DNA of 64,000 nucleotides. Origin: Minutocellus sp. GHC0000111. Taxonomy: Eukaryota. Position numbers and translations under genes: made by a program. The notes below the pieces were generated by a model, which was given only the letters and a program-made list of their open reading frames with translations, was not told where the DNA came from and searched no databases. The DNA lies in NCBI GenBank assembly GCA_977018835.1, contig OZ361256.1, forward strand, positions 6,944,001 through 7,008,000, written 5' to 3'. This document shows, one piece after another, positions 23,217-35,280 of this stretch (its first letter is position 1; every line of letters begins with the position of its first letter).

Positions 23217-24969
23217 ATGACCAGCTCAAGCGCCTCCGACCCGCCCACCAGCGCCGCTAACGCTGACATTGCATCTTCTTCCGCGGGTCCGAAAATACTA
23301 TCTCTCTCGGACCTGTCCATCACCTTCCCAAATGACGAAGTTCTTTCGCACTTGCTCTCACAATATTCGTCAGATCAACTCGATCGCATCCTCGACGCCA
23401 GCAAAAGGTCACCCTCCGATACGACCTGCCGCGTGAATTTGCTCAAGACGACGAGGGATGATCTCATTCGAGACCTGAAAGAGCACTTTAATTCTTCTGC
23501 CGATGAAGACAAAGACGAATCGATCGATTGGGATATTGTTCCACATGACGTGTTTGATGATGTGGTTGTGATTCGGCACAAGCCAACTCTTCATAAGAAT
23601 GACCAACAAGCACAACACCTATCGTTTGCCTATTGCAGCAAACCACCGACGACCTCCAGTAAGTCAATGTCTGTCCAACCATCTTTTATTGGCCAAGATG
23701 AAGCAATCGCAAAGAGAGAAGCCAAGGGATGGCCCATCTCCCACCGGGTGGTCATAATAGACCGGCTCTGCGGAGAGGCAGTACTTCGTGGCGCCGACAT
23801 TTTTGTAAAGGGGGTTCTCGTGACCGATATGGGCATTCGGAAGGGAGAAGAAGTTGCCGTGTACGCCGATCTGATGCGAGGTGACAAGGTCCTGCGAGGA
23901 TCGCTGATGGAAGACTACGCTGGGGAGTGCGTATTTCTCGGTATGGGCATCGCAGAGTGCGATCGATCCACAATATTTCGGGAGAATCGTGGCCTTGGTA
24001 TGAAGATGTGTCGCCAGCAGACCAAGAGAGCAGGGTTGCTCCTACCGCCGATCAATGGCGTCCTTCCAGACAAGATGTATGTGCAAAATTTACCCTCTGT
24101 TTTGGTGGGCCACGCGCTTGGTCCGAAACCGGGTGATGTGATATTGGATATGTGCGCAGCTCCGGGGGGAAAGACCAACCACTTGGCGTCACTAACAAAT
24201 AACGATGCTACGATCATTGCTTGCGATAAGGGTCGGCGAAAAATGATTACCGCTGGACGGAACTTCAAAGCCTTGGGAGCTACTTGTATAGTACCTCTTC
24301 AATTGAATTCCACAAACAATGTCATCCGCGATGGTAGCAAGACAATGAGCGTAAAGGAGGTGAGTCTACCACAAATGTGTTTGATTGTATTGCAGTACGA
24401 TATTGTTTCTTATTTCACTGAGTGGAGTGTCTTTTATTTCACATGTCATTCTACGGTATTTTCCTATGTTTGTCTCCGTTTCCCAACAGATTATTGAGAA
24501 GGCAAATGCCTCGGAGAAGGATGGTCTACTCAACATCAAGGGGTTCTACCCCGAGACTTTCGATAGAATTTTACTTGATCCGCCTTGCTCTGCACTCGGT
24601 CTCCGGCCCAGGCTATCTATGATTACGGAGGGCATAGAAGATTTGTGGAAAATATCAGAGTATCAGAAGAAATTTGTGGACAATGCTGTGGCGTTGTTGA
24701 AAGGTGGTGGAACAATGACGTACAGCACTTGTACGTTCAATTCATCGGAAAATGAGGCGATGGTATTATATATCCTAGCTCAGCACCCCTGTATGGAACT
24801 GGTTCCAATTGATATCAACTTTGGATTGCCTGGCTTATCAAACAAGGGCCTCACAGAGGAGCAATGTCATTGCGTCAAACGATTTGATCCGAGCAATGAA
24901 TCGATGGACACCATGGGATTCTTTGTTGCAAAGTTTTTGAAACGTAGATCTAATAGAGAGTACATGTAG
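23217..24969 (+). CDS. NSUN6: NSUN6-like RNA m5C methyltransferase; intron 24360-24489
   Basis: PUA region CGEAVLRGADIF; QNLPS, DMCAAPGGKT, FDRILLDPPCS, YSTCT, GFFVAKF. Confidence 0.88.
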
Positions 24970-25298
24970 GACACAATCGCACAATCTCGACAATTTCTCT
25001 CACTGGATCAGGACTAAGTAGTAGACTCTACTGCTGGCGGTACAAGCCAGCGACCCATCATCATCACCATCCCTCTCTCAAATGTACCGATAGTGGACCG
25101 ACGCGGCACAGGGTACACCGGGCGGCACCTCCAACACCATCGGTCGGAACCTTTTCTTGACATTTCGAGGCGAATTCTCACCATTTCTCGCCAAAACCAA
25201 CACACATGGGCCCCCAACAAACACAATAGGGACCACCACCAATGCAAAGAAGCACAATAAAGGCAACGTTGAGAGGCAAAAGGACAAAAAGAACAAGC

Positions 25299-25372
25299 TA
25301 CAAAGAGGGGGAATCGAACCCCCGACCTCAGCTGTGTTAAAGCCGCGTCATAACCAACTAGACCATCTCTGC
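25299..25372 (-). tRNA. tRNA-Val (AAC)
   Basis: Cloverleaf: acceptor GCAGAGA/TCTTTGT, anticodon arm CGGCT-TTAACAC-AGCTG, T arm GGGGG-TTCGATT-CCCCC. T-runs downstream. Confidence 0.93.
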
Positions 25373-25560
25373 TTGTCGCCAAAAGGATGTGTTATCGCAG
25401 TACACAATGGCTGCACAAGTCTGCAAGTCCTGGAGCTGGTGACAAAAATAATTGCGCCAAATCCATGCACTCATCCGTCCCAACCACTACCACCCTCTAC
25501 TAGTACGCATTCTCCTGCTGCGTGCTTTATTTTTGCACAAACCGACAACGTTGCGCAGTA

Positions 25561-27249
25561 ATGAGCCAATCGAGTGATTCCGCGAGCACGTATAGTGGCG
25601 ATCGCAGTATCGGCGATGGCTCCGAGGGATCGCACCTTGCCCGGCACTACGATGAAGAAAGCAACATTGGGTCATCTCATCAGCATCAGCATCATGCCTC
25701 CAACAGCTCTGACATCGGAGCATTAGACCATGGTGCTCCCGAACGAGTATCGTCCATGGATGTCGATAGCAGCCCTCCCATGGTGCCCATTTCTCGAAGG
25801 CTGGGTAACGCTGGGCCTCCCTCGGGGCTATCGGCCGTGTCGGTGTCTGGTTCAGTGGATGGACCTGGACGTGGTGTCGACGACGATGTTGCCGTCGGCG
25901 GCGACAGTCCCCCCATCCACGGAGTCCGGTGGGACCTCGGAGATTACTCGCACTTTGCGTCTGCTGCTGCCCCGCCTTCGACAGCGACTGTAGCGACAGC
26001 GGCATCGGCGCAGCACCCTCCTTCATCGGGCACCGGCTCATCTGCAAGGGGAAATGATGACTTATCGAATGCGGACATGTCCGAGGCTGCTCCTGCAGCC
26101 GCAAATGGTGCCGCCTCATCAACACAACATCTAACGGCAAGGGAGCGACTTGTGGAACGTGAGAGGCAGTCCAGACTGGAACGGCAGCGAGCACAGGTGA
26201 AGAGAAGGATCGCTATGAATCGCGAAGCGGAGGAGATGGAACTGGCAAGGGCTGGGATTGACGTAGAAAACGACGACGAAATACTATCAGACCACAACAA
26301 TCACGGCGAGGGAAGCAGCGATGCTCATCAGCGGATCGAGACGTTAGACCAATTAGCGGGTCGCGATGGGTCAATTGTTGGAACTGTCGGAGATGCCAGT
26401 ACACATGGTGGTGATGCTAGCACGCACGGTGGTGATGTTGAGCACCACGACCACGAGTACGACGTGAGCGTTCCGCCGCCAGGGGAAGTCGGCAGCACGG
26501 CTGCACCCGCAAGCGAGGGTGATCAGGGAGGGCTAGCACTTGGCTATGCCATGGAGCGCTTTCTATCAGAGCAAGTGGTGGTTCCAAACCAAGGGCAGTC
26601 CAATTCGCTTGATGGTGTAGTAGGTAGTGAAAGCGAAGCCTTGGAGAATGGTCCAGTGCCCTCGGATCGTGGCGGAGATATTGCCCCTACCGACATGAAT
26701 GACATTGATATTACCACGATTCCAAGTGATCCGAACGTTGCAACTCAGACCCACCTGGTAGATCTTGACGAATCGGAGCACATGCGCAATAGCGTAAGCG
26801 AGAGGAGCCACTCACCCGCCAGAAGCGTCGGCGTCGCTCCCCCAATGTCCATGGAATCGTACCCTCCCCACTCTAATGGGTCAGTTCGCAGTGTTGGCAC
26901 ATCAAACCAAGGCAGTATCGATGACCAGATTATGCCGTCACCTCCTGTCAGAGCTGGTAGTTACGACCTTTCTGCAAGTGTCCGATCTGAAGACGGCACA
27001 AACGATCCAAATGATTCTACCACAGGAGGTGATTTTGCGCCTCGCCTGGCATGCCTCACCGAGGCTGACATATCCGAAATGAATACCCTTGACAATGCAT
27101 CAGTAGGCAATGTACCCCCGCGTTCAATTCGCGACGAAGACGAACCCTTACTGACAATGGGATCTTTTACTGATGGCATTGGGGTCAGCATCGCTGGTAC
27201 GGAAACGACAGCAGTAGAAACCGTCAGCAGTGTTCGAAGCACCGCCGGT
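25561..27249 (+). CDS. Disordered Ser/Asp-rich protein with a short coiled coil; 3' end lost in the gap
   Basis: Open frame of more than 560 codons with ARERLVERERQSRLERQRA, running into the N block. Confidence 0.7.
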
Positions 27250-27449
27250 NNNNNNNNNNNNNNNNNNNNNNNNNNNNNNNNNNNNNNNNNNNNNNNNNNN
27301 NNNNNNNNNNNNNNNNNNNNNNNNNNNNNNNNNNNNNNNNNNNNNNNNNNNNNNNNNNNNNNNNNNNNNNNNNNNNNNNNNNNNNNNNNNNNNNNNNNNN
27401 NNNNNNNNNNNNNNNNNNNNNNNNNNNNNNNNNNNNNNNNNNNNNNNNN
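27250..27449. other. Assembly gap (200 N)
   Basis: Run of N. Two convergent genes both end inside it, so the true gap size is unknown. Confidence 1.
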
Positions 27450-30400
27450 CGTTGCCAATGTCTACATCTTCGTCGTTGCGACTGCGCTTTCTTATCGCTC
27501 GGAGCCTGCGTGGCTTTATCCCCTCGCCCAGCTCCATTGCATCTTCATCTACCTTGAGGACACCGGCGGCATCAGAGGCCGGATCATACAAGGATTCCTC
27601 GCTCGATTCCGATTTGCTCCGTTTCTGTCGGCCTCGCACATTCAGTTCCTTTTCTTCTGAAGCATCGAAGGTATCGTCGCCAAAGACTGAATCTTCCTTC
27701 TTCTCTTCGTCGATGCTAGAGGATGATTGCCTATCGCGATTCCTCTTCTTGGCACGCTTCTCTCTGCTCCTTATCTGATCACCAGAGATAACTTGCACGT
27801 TTGACTGATCAATGGTGGATACCTCATGCTCCTTCAATGAAGGTAGAGCGGAAGCCGCAGCCGGGGCCGGCGCTGAAGATGAATCCGACACCGCTTTCTT
27901 CGACGCAGCAGCATCAGGTGAACCCAAAAGGATATCAGGTATGGAACAGGTTCCGACTACATTGCGGACGCGCTCTCTCAAGGCAATCATTTCATCCATG
28001 CTGGAGAAGCGCATATGCATAGTGAAACATTGATGGCATTTGCACGAACAGCCCGAGCAGTAGCCGCATCGAGCGCATGCTTTGCCCTTTTTGCAAGGGC
28101 AAAAGTTACCTCGAACATCTCTCTGGTTTTCGTCCATGTGGTTTACGCTGCTGTTTTTTGTGGGCTTCGTGGGATGCATCTGGGCATATTCTTTGTACTT
28201 GCCGTCTCCGTGGCAGCTGACGCAGATGTTGTAATCCTTGTTGAGGATATTTTCGCAACCATCGCAATGCATGTAGATATTCGATAGCTCTTCGTGGCAC
28301 AAGCGGCAATGGAAGTCGCCATTCCCGTAGCTACACGAAGGGGAAAAGAGACATGAATGCGAATAAATGAGGAAACAAAAGAAAATTAGAGGTGAAAATA
28401 CACCTCGATTATGCAGAGCTCAGACAAACCAAAGGCTGTAAAAGGCACACAAAACTTACGGGTCCAAAGCATAACTTTCGGGGTTTTCCGATGCATCTGG
28501 CAGGCCAGCAATATCCAAGGTGATTCGACAACCTTCCTCAGACGCCTGGAGCTCAAGCTCCTGCTTCGCAGTCTTGAAGGCACGCTCATGCCGATCGATA
28601 ATGTATTCCATTGCGGGCGCAATACCCTTTAGCTTCTCTTTTACCACCTCGGAATCGGGTTGAGATCCATTGTTGTCTACTAGGAAAGGCAAGATTCCGC
28701 GTTTGGTGTCAGGAGAAGCATTGTTCTGCTCATATTCAGCAACAAGCTGGATTGCTGTGTGCAGAACTGATAATTCGGGAATCGCAAGAGATTGCAATTG
28801 ATGACCACGAAGTAGACGAGCACAGTGGAGGGTGGAGAATATCTCTTCACTGATGCCTTTCTCGGTACATCCCTTGTACTGTTTAAAATAAGAACAGAGT
28901 GCAACGAGAGAACAAACAACAGATTAGAAATTCCCATCGATAGTTTGTGTTCCATCCAAGTACGATCCAAGGCGAGCGAGAACAAGATGAAATGCACCTA
29001 CAAACAATAAAAAAGACAGAACTTACCATCCAATCCCAAGCAACAGAGACGCAAAGACGTTCCATGGAACCAAGGTTATCGCTCGCAATAGTATCGAGAC
29101 GTAGCTGTCTATGACAGTCGTTGGGTGGGAGGGCCGTCGGCGACAACTTTCGAAAGGCATGGAGTCGACCTTTGTTGATGTGAACAAACTGACCGGGCTT
29201 GAGGACGAATACCGATGGGCAGTAGTTCATTTTTCGGCACTTCTCGATAGCGTCTGTAGTTGGCCAATCTGGCTTAGCACCGAGGCCATCACCATGGGGC
29301 AAACCGTACAGACCGTCGTACTTGGATCGTTTCTTCTTCTTGGCCTGATCGTTGAGGATGTACAGAGCTCGCTGCTTGTGTTCCTCGGGCATTCGTCGGA
29401 GCATGACGACTTCGTTGTAACCAGAAAGACACTGGTGGCCACTGTCCACCGTACCATGGCCATCTTGATGGAAGTGGGTGAACGAGGCTGTAGATGAATG
29501 GATGTAGGTACAGAAAATGAAGTGGGCATTAGTTAGCGGGGGCGAAACGACAACTGCAAAGTGATAAAGCAAATCCCCAGCAAAGCAATTTGATGATCTC
29601 AATACTAACCTGGTGGAGTTACGTCTACCGATCAAGGAACAGTAAATGGCAAGAAGAAACGATAGATTAGAGACGATTAGGCATTTCAGGGCAGCACAAC
29701 ATACCCGATAAAGTTCATACAAATTTAGTGCAACGAAAGTGACATTAGAACGTAGTAGAACTCACAGAAATTTGGCCCCATGAAAGGTCTACCGTTGACG
29801 TTGACTGCATTCATCATGCAATGCTGACCTCCGGGTAGGCAATCGGGGAGCTTGAATTTATTCACAAAGTCCTCGTACAGTGGGGGCAGCAACTTCACCA
29901 TATCATAGTCGATCAAGTACAGGACTTCGTCGACGACGTTGATGGTCTCCTCCTTGCCATCATGGGTAAGAAAGGTAAAGGATTCTGAGTTCTGCCCTTC
30001 CACATCGGTCGGACGGCCGATGAGATCATCTTCCCTGGAAGCTGGATTCACTAGATCGACTCCTTTCTTCGATCTCTTTTCAGCAATAGATTGCAGCGCA
30101 GTGGAACGCTTGTCCAGGTATTTGCAATAATCCGATATCTTCATAGACAGATTCTTGTCCACCTCCTTATGCCGGACATGGAACTGCTGTCTTGGGTCCA
30201 CTGATGACGATTCCTCTGCCGCAGACGCTGAAGCCCCCCTTGATTTGGCAGCATCTTCGACTTGAACGGATTCTGCTGGCGTCGCCGCTGCTGCAGCGGA
30301 ATCAGTACTGTCGCCGCCCGCAATCTTTTCCTCGGCCTGATCCTTTTCGCTCTCTGGCTTATCGGAGGATAATTCTACCAGCTCGCGTTCGAAGCGACGG

Positions 30401-32937
30401 ACCTTGTGATAGGGCTTGTCGCCGACCAGATTTGAGACATAATGCATATCCCAGAGCGTTCGATTCAGGTCGCCGACTAGCCCCTCGCTTACGACGGTAA
30501 TATCATCCCTCTCAATCATTTTGAGGAGTGTTTCCTTGTGCACAGGATCGATACTGGAACTACTCCCGAGATTGAACTTGGCGAGAAGTACGCGAGAGTT
30601 TTCATCAAAGGACCAGTCGCAGCTCTCAGTGGACCTCGGGACATCAACAGCATCTGCCAGCTTCAATGGATCCAACGCAATACTTCCAGCTGGCGGAGCG
30701 GGAGGAACCGGCTTGGCCCTTGGGGGACGACCAGCTCTCGAAGTACGCTCAAAGGGAGATACCGGTGCCCTCGACTTTGACTTCTTGACAGAGGACATGG
30801 AGGGAGGATTTTTGCAGGGTGGGCGATTCATGCATTTTTGCCGGATTTTCCATGGACCGCCAAACTTCTTCATATCAAGGCAATGCCTGCATTCGCCACA
30901 GTCGTCGACCATACAAGCATCACATTTACCACACTGATTCTTTGATGGATTACGTGGTGAATCTCGTCGCTTCAGGCCGGCGTAAGGATCCTTCTTCTTT
31001 GCGGGGCTTGTCGCGGCAGCTTTGGAACCACCTTTCCACTTGCGACACGGCGCAGGGCACCTTTTCCTTTCTGGAGCATTTTCAGTACCACAACCGAGAC
31101 AAATCCAAGCTTTATCGCATTCTTTTCTCTCAGTGTCGCTATCAGCCCCGCTACTTTCGTCTTCTCGCGCACCTCGACTAATACTTGCCCTCGTACTGGA
31201 AGACTTCGAAGACTTCTTCTTGGGCTGCCGCGACCTCAAATTCGAGATCTCGTCAACAGAGAGCTCGTTCTTATTGTTGCTTCGAAAGGCAGATTTGGAT
31301 CGTTTGGGCTTTTTGGCCTCGGACTTGTGATCACCGTCGTCGAAACTGGTGGACTTGCTGATTTCCTGCCCATCGAAGCGATCATGGGCCTTCCGAGCTC
31401 TCTTTTTCAACGAAATCTCCTCGCCTTTATCGGCGGCTACAGCGGCAGCTTCGACATCATCTCCGTCATCATCCTGTTTGGATCCTGTAAAATGACGGAT
31501 ACACATGTGATGACATTTCGAACCTTGATCCTTCTTTGGATATCCTGGGATCGCACACAGCTTTATCTTGCCATCGCCCTTCTCAGACGTACGGGTCGAC
31601 CGACATTGACAAAGCTTCTTCTGGTACGGATGGGTCGTTTCGCACGTGGGACAGACCCAGTCTTTCCCCTGCTCTTCAACCTCGGCGGTATCATCTTCAC
31701 CGTTTGCTTTTGTTACCCCTCTTCTTGTCCGTTGAGCGGCGATGGGAGAATCGTCACCGCCATTCTGATCGCCACCTTCGCGAAGGCTAGCGGTAGCAAT
31801 GGCATCAAGGGCGGCCTTGGGCACTTCATCATCGAGGATCTGGAACTGTTGATGCAGGCTCAAATCGAACGACTCTCGCTCTCCATCATCATACAGAAAA
31901 GTGTACGTATGGAGCCATCCTCCGTGCTTCGCAATGATCGTGGCGGGATAGTGCACATTGTCCAGCGGCCAAAAGATCCCAACTCTTGATCCGACCCCTA
32001 CCTGCTGTAGACGATAATTTAGATCGGATCTGCGGGTGGATCGGATGGAGCCGGTGGCACCACTACCACTATTACGAGTAGCACCACCGCCACTTGTTGC
32101 ACCACTCTTCTTCTTCTTTCCCTTCCTAGTCTTGCGTTTGTCACAATCACAGGCAGCGTTCGTATTGACAATCTGTACTTCGTTGTCGTCGTCCGTGTCG
32201 TGCTGCTGCTGATGCTCCATCTCGTCCTCCTCGCCCTCTTCATCCTCGTAGTTGTAGTAATCACCCTCCGTAGGACCAACGTCGCTGGGATTTGGTCTGG
32301 GTGATTTCTTGGCACGCAACGCTGGCTCGGATGCTGAGGCCGTTGATGAAGTAGGCCTATCATCGGTCACACTGTAATCGTGAACCGATGGGGGTTGGGC
32401 GTCCCGTGGCCGATCTACAGCAGCCACATGGTTGTTGCTGCCGGTACTTAGTTCCGCCCCCAGTCGACCCTCATCGGCGCCAGCGACACCTCCCGCCGCG
32501 TCGTCAGGACCAGACACTGCCCGTTGCCGATGCTCCGGCGATTCCTCGTTGGAGTCCACTACCGCGGCGGCATTCAAGACGGACTGAATCTCGCCGCCGC
32601 CGCCTCCGTCCGCGTCGGTTGGCAGATCATGCGGCGGCGCTGATCGTGGATGACCGCCACCGTCCACCCTGCCAATCTCTCCAGCCGGGGCGTCCTGCGG
32701 AGGAGGCAGGTCACCGTCCATAGGTGCCCTATGAGTACGTCCAGACCCACCTCCTCCCGCACCCAAACCTCTGGCGGTGGCGGCTTCGGTTCCGCCCAGT
32801 GGCCCCGATCTGCCGACGTTCACCTCTACGGCACCGGTGTCCCCGGGGGGCTCGTGTCGGCCACCGGAGTCCTCCTCCATTCGATCCCACACGTCTCTCT
32901 CGGTGCAAACTGAACCACCCGGGCGTTCAAGGTGCAA
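27450..32937 (-). CDS. Chromatin protein: Tudor-like, RanBP2-type Zn fingers, CXXC, JmjC and C-terminal Cys-rich fingers. Exons ~32937-29766, 29624-29610, 29487-29027, 28878-28460, 28330-gap
   Basis: VGSRVGIFWPLDNVHYPA..YDDGERE (Tudor); WVCPTC and WICLGCGTEN; CGKCDAC..CGECRHCLDMKKFGG..RQKC (CXXC); HQDGH...VLKPGQFVHINKGRLH (JmjC HxD..H). Splice junctions keep frame. Start codon uncertain. Confidence 0.85.
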
Positions 32938-33400
32938 GGGTTATTGCTTTTGATTGATTCGATTCCGTGATATTATTATTCTTTCTCGTCCTCGCTTTGC
33001 CTCAAAATCTTCATGTGATAAGCGGCACGGTTTGGTGAAAGTTCCTTTACGTTGGTTACGGGGTGTATGGCCTGAACGCCGGAAGCTCGGAAGCACAATC
33101 CTGAAGCGAAGCTTTTGCGCGATTTCCGGTTGCAAAAACTGATTCATGTATTCTGATTCTACTTAAAATCGCCCGAGCGTGGGATTTCCTCTACAAGAAT
33201 ATGTTATGTAGGGACGGTAGGAATCCTATAGGATACCTAAATACATTTTAAAAGCCAGCTGACTGTTTGTTTTTTGACAGCTTCTTTTGTTTGTTTGCTT
33301 GGGGCAAGGTCGGTCTCATCAGTCACCTCGGTATTTCATTCTCATTCAACAATAGCATACATTTACTACAAACTCATCAGTGCCTAGTAGCTAGAAGCTT

Positions 33401-34114
33401 CTAAGCTAACAAATCATCCAGGGAAGAAAAGTCATGATCATCAATATGGGATGGCAGAGGAAGAGTAGTAGATCTACCAAGAGCATCATCATTCACTCTC
33501 CCTCCAGCGGCACCAAGCATCTTCTTCAATTCATCAAAGTTGCTGGACATTTCCCCACGAAGCATGGCGACCACACCCTCCAGTCGATCCACCTTGTTCT
33601 GAAGCTCATCGTTCTTCGCCTTGAGCGTTTCTAGCGCCGCCTTGTTCACTTCGTTCTGATCCTTGACGCGAGTGCTCCCATCCGCTCCTGGCCATCGAAG
33701 TATGTCCCTGGCTGACTTTTCATCGCCCTTCCGGAATGCACCGCGATAGAATCGAAAGACTCGGATTCCAGGGGGAAGATTGAGTATGCTGTTGGTATCT
33801 ACATCATCGTTTGGTGCACTTGGCTTCTCTCCATCATCAGTATCTGGAATATCATCTGCATTGCGTGGACGAGTGTCGGTATGGGCATCGCCGGGAAAAG
33901 CAATCAGATCGGCAATGGCTCGGGGAGTGCGCACTTCCTCGAAACCATACTGATTCAACTGCTTATGAATGGCACCCCACGTCGCCGTGCAGGGCCGAAA
34001 GTACTCTGGTTCGGCGAATAAGGCAACGAATCGGACCTGGTCGTGGATGACGATGGCACTGCCATCTGCCCCCCACGATGCAACTTGTGGATGTTCTGTG
34101 CTAGATTTCTCCAT
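33401..34114 (-). CDS. Heat-shock-factor (HSF) type transcription factor
   Basis: VASWGADGSAIVIHD..F...IHKQLNQYGF...FRKG, followed by a coiled coil (LKAKNDELQNKVDRLE). Confidence 0.8.
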   Translation of the reverse strand: MEKSSTEHPQVASWGADGSAIVIHDQVRFVALFAEPEYFRPCTATWGAIHKQLNQYGFEEVRTPRAIADLIAFPGDAHTDTRPRNADDIPDTDDGEKPSAPNDDVDTNSILNLPPGIRVFRFYRGAFRKGDEKSARDILRWPGADGSTRVKDQNEVNKAALETLKAKNDELQNKVDRLEGVVAMLRGEMSSNFDELKKMLGAAGGRVNDDALGRSTTLPLPSHIDDHDFSSLDDLLA

Positions 34115-34557
34115 TAGCTTGTGAAGACCTACGATAATAGTAAGTGTGACAGTGGGGGATGAGGGTCGAAGTTAAATTGCTGAAGAGGGGATGGTGAGAA
34201 CACGATAAGTCGGAGCAATCCACCGAGAACAAACGAAGCAAAACGCTTGGGCTTCAGCGTACGTGTGATGAAGTTGTCGACGGCCGATTTCTTGTTCGAA
34301 GAAAGCTTGGTCGGCGAATGTTGGGCGTCGGCGTGAGCACTCCTCTTCCTCCTATTGGGAGTGCGAGTACTTTCAGTGATTTCCGTGAATGACATGAGAG
34401 AGATAGGGGGGGGGGGATTATTGATGCGGCGGAGAAACACACAAGTAGTGTCAAGTTTGCAAGTTCGATACGCTATGGTCGCACGGTGAAACGCGCGCAG
34501 GAGTTTTTCCATAAAAAGCAGACATTTTGTAGCGTGATAAGCACGTTGATGCACAAC

Positions 34558-34640
34558 GACATCTTGTCCGAGCGGTGTAAGGAGGCACGTTCGTAAGGCC
34601 ATGGTCTTAATTGGCGCAGGTTCGAATCCTGCAGATGTCA
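34558..34640 (+). tRNA. tRNA-like gene (Leu/Ser-type body) with a non-pairing anticodon arm; isotype undetermined
   Basis: Perfect acceptor GACATCT/AGATGTC, D arm TCCGAGCGGTGTAAGGA, perfect T arm GCAGG-TTCGAAT-CCTGC and T-runs downstream. The expected anticodon stem GCACG/GGCCA does not pair. Confidence 0.7.
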
Positions 34641-34848
34641 ATTTTGCTTTTTGGTCCTCTCGCGCGGTGTCGGTGTGTGTGGGAGAGAAATGGACCTTGG
34701 TATTACGGTGTTTTTGTTGGTGGTGTAGATTTAGATCTACCGGTACCGGTACCCAACGTGTAGGTGTGTGCCTAGGTACATGTAAGCGGGAAAATTATTT
34801 ACGTTGTAGATGAGATCTACGTAGACTAGCTACGTAGATCTACGTAGA

Positions 34849-35142
34849 GAGCATTTCCACGAGAGAGCCGACACCCCCTCCGCGATGTTTCGTAAATATT
34901 GTAACAACTCGATTTTATTACACCATATGTCTTAAAAGGGTGTTGTAGAGCATAATCAACAATAAAATCGAGTTGTTACAATGATCTTGGGGTACTTTAC
35001 TAACAAGTCGCTGGGTTTGGGTCCGAGATTTTGAGCTCGATCTAGTGGCTTCATTTTTATTGACGTGAAATTTTTCGCACAAAAATATTTTCTAGTGGCT
35101 ACTATTTACAGTGATTTTGTCGGCGGTCTCGTGGAAACGCTC
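34849..35142. mobile_element. MITE, 294 bp, ~25 bp imperfect TIRs starting GAG, 4-bp TSD TAGA
   Basis: Left end GAGCATTTCCACGAGAGAGCCGACA; right end reverse complement GAGCGTTTCCACGAGACCGCCGACA. TAGA at 34845-34848 and 35143-35146. Confidence 0.9.
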
Positions 35143-35280
35143 TAGATCTATTACCGGTACCTGCGCTAGATCTACTGGGCCGTGCGTCTTGCAGCCTAGC
35201 TACATGTAGAGCTAGAAAGCTAGAGATCTCTATCTGCCAGCACAGAAAGATTCACACCACCCTTGTACACGTATGCCATC

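Noticed and set aside
23217..25372. Functional linkage between the NSUN6-like gene and the adjacent tRNA
   Set aside because: The tRNA is Val, whereas known NSUN6 substrates are tRNA-Thr/Cys; adjacency in a compact genome is uninformative.
27148..27778. ORFs reading through the N block
   Set aside because: Artefacts of translating across the assembly gap.
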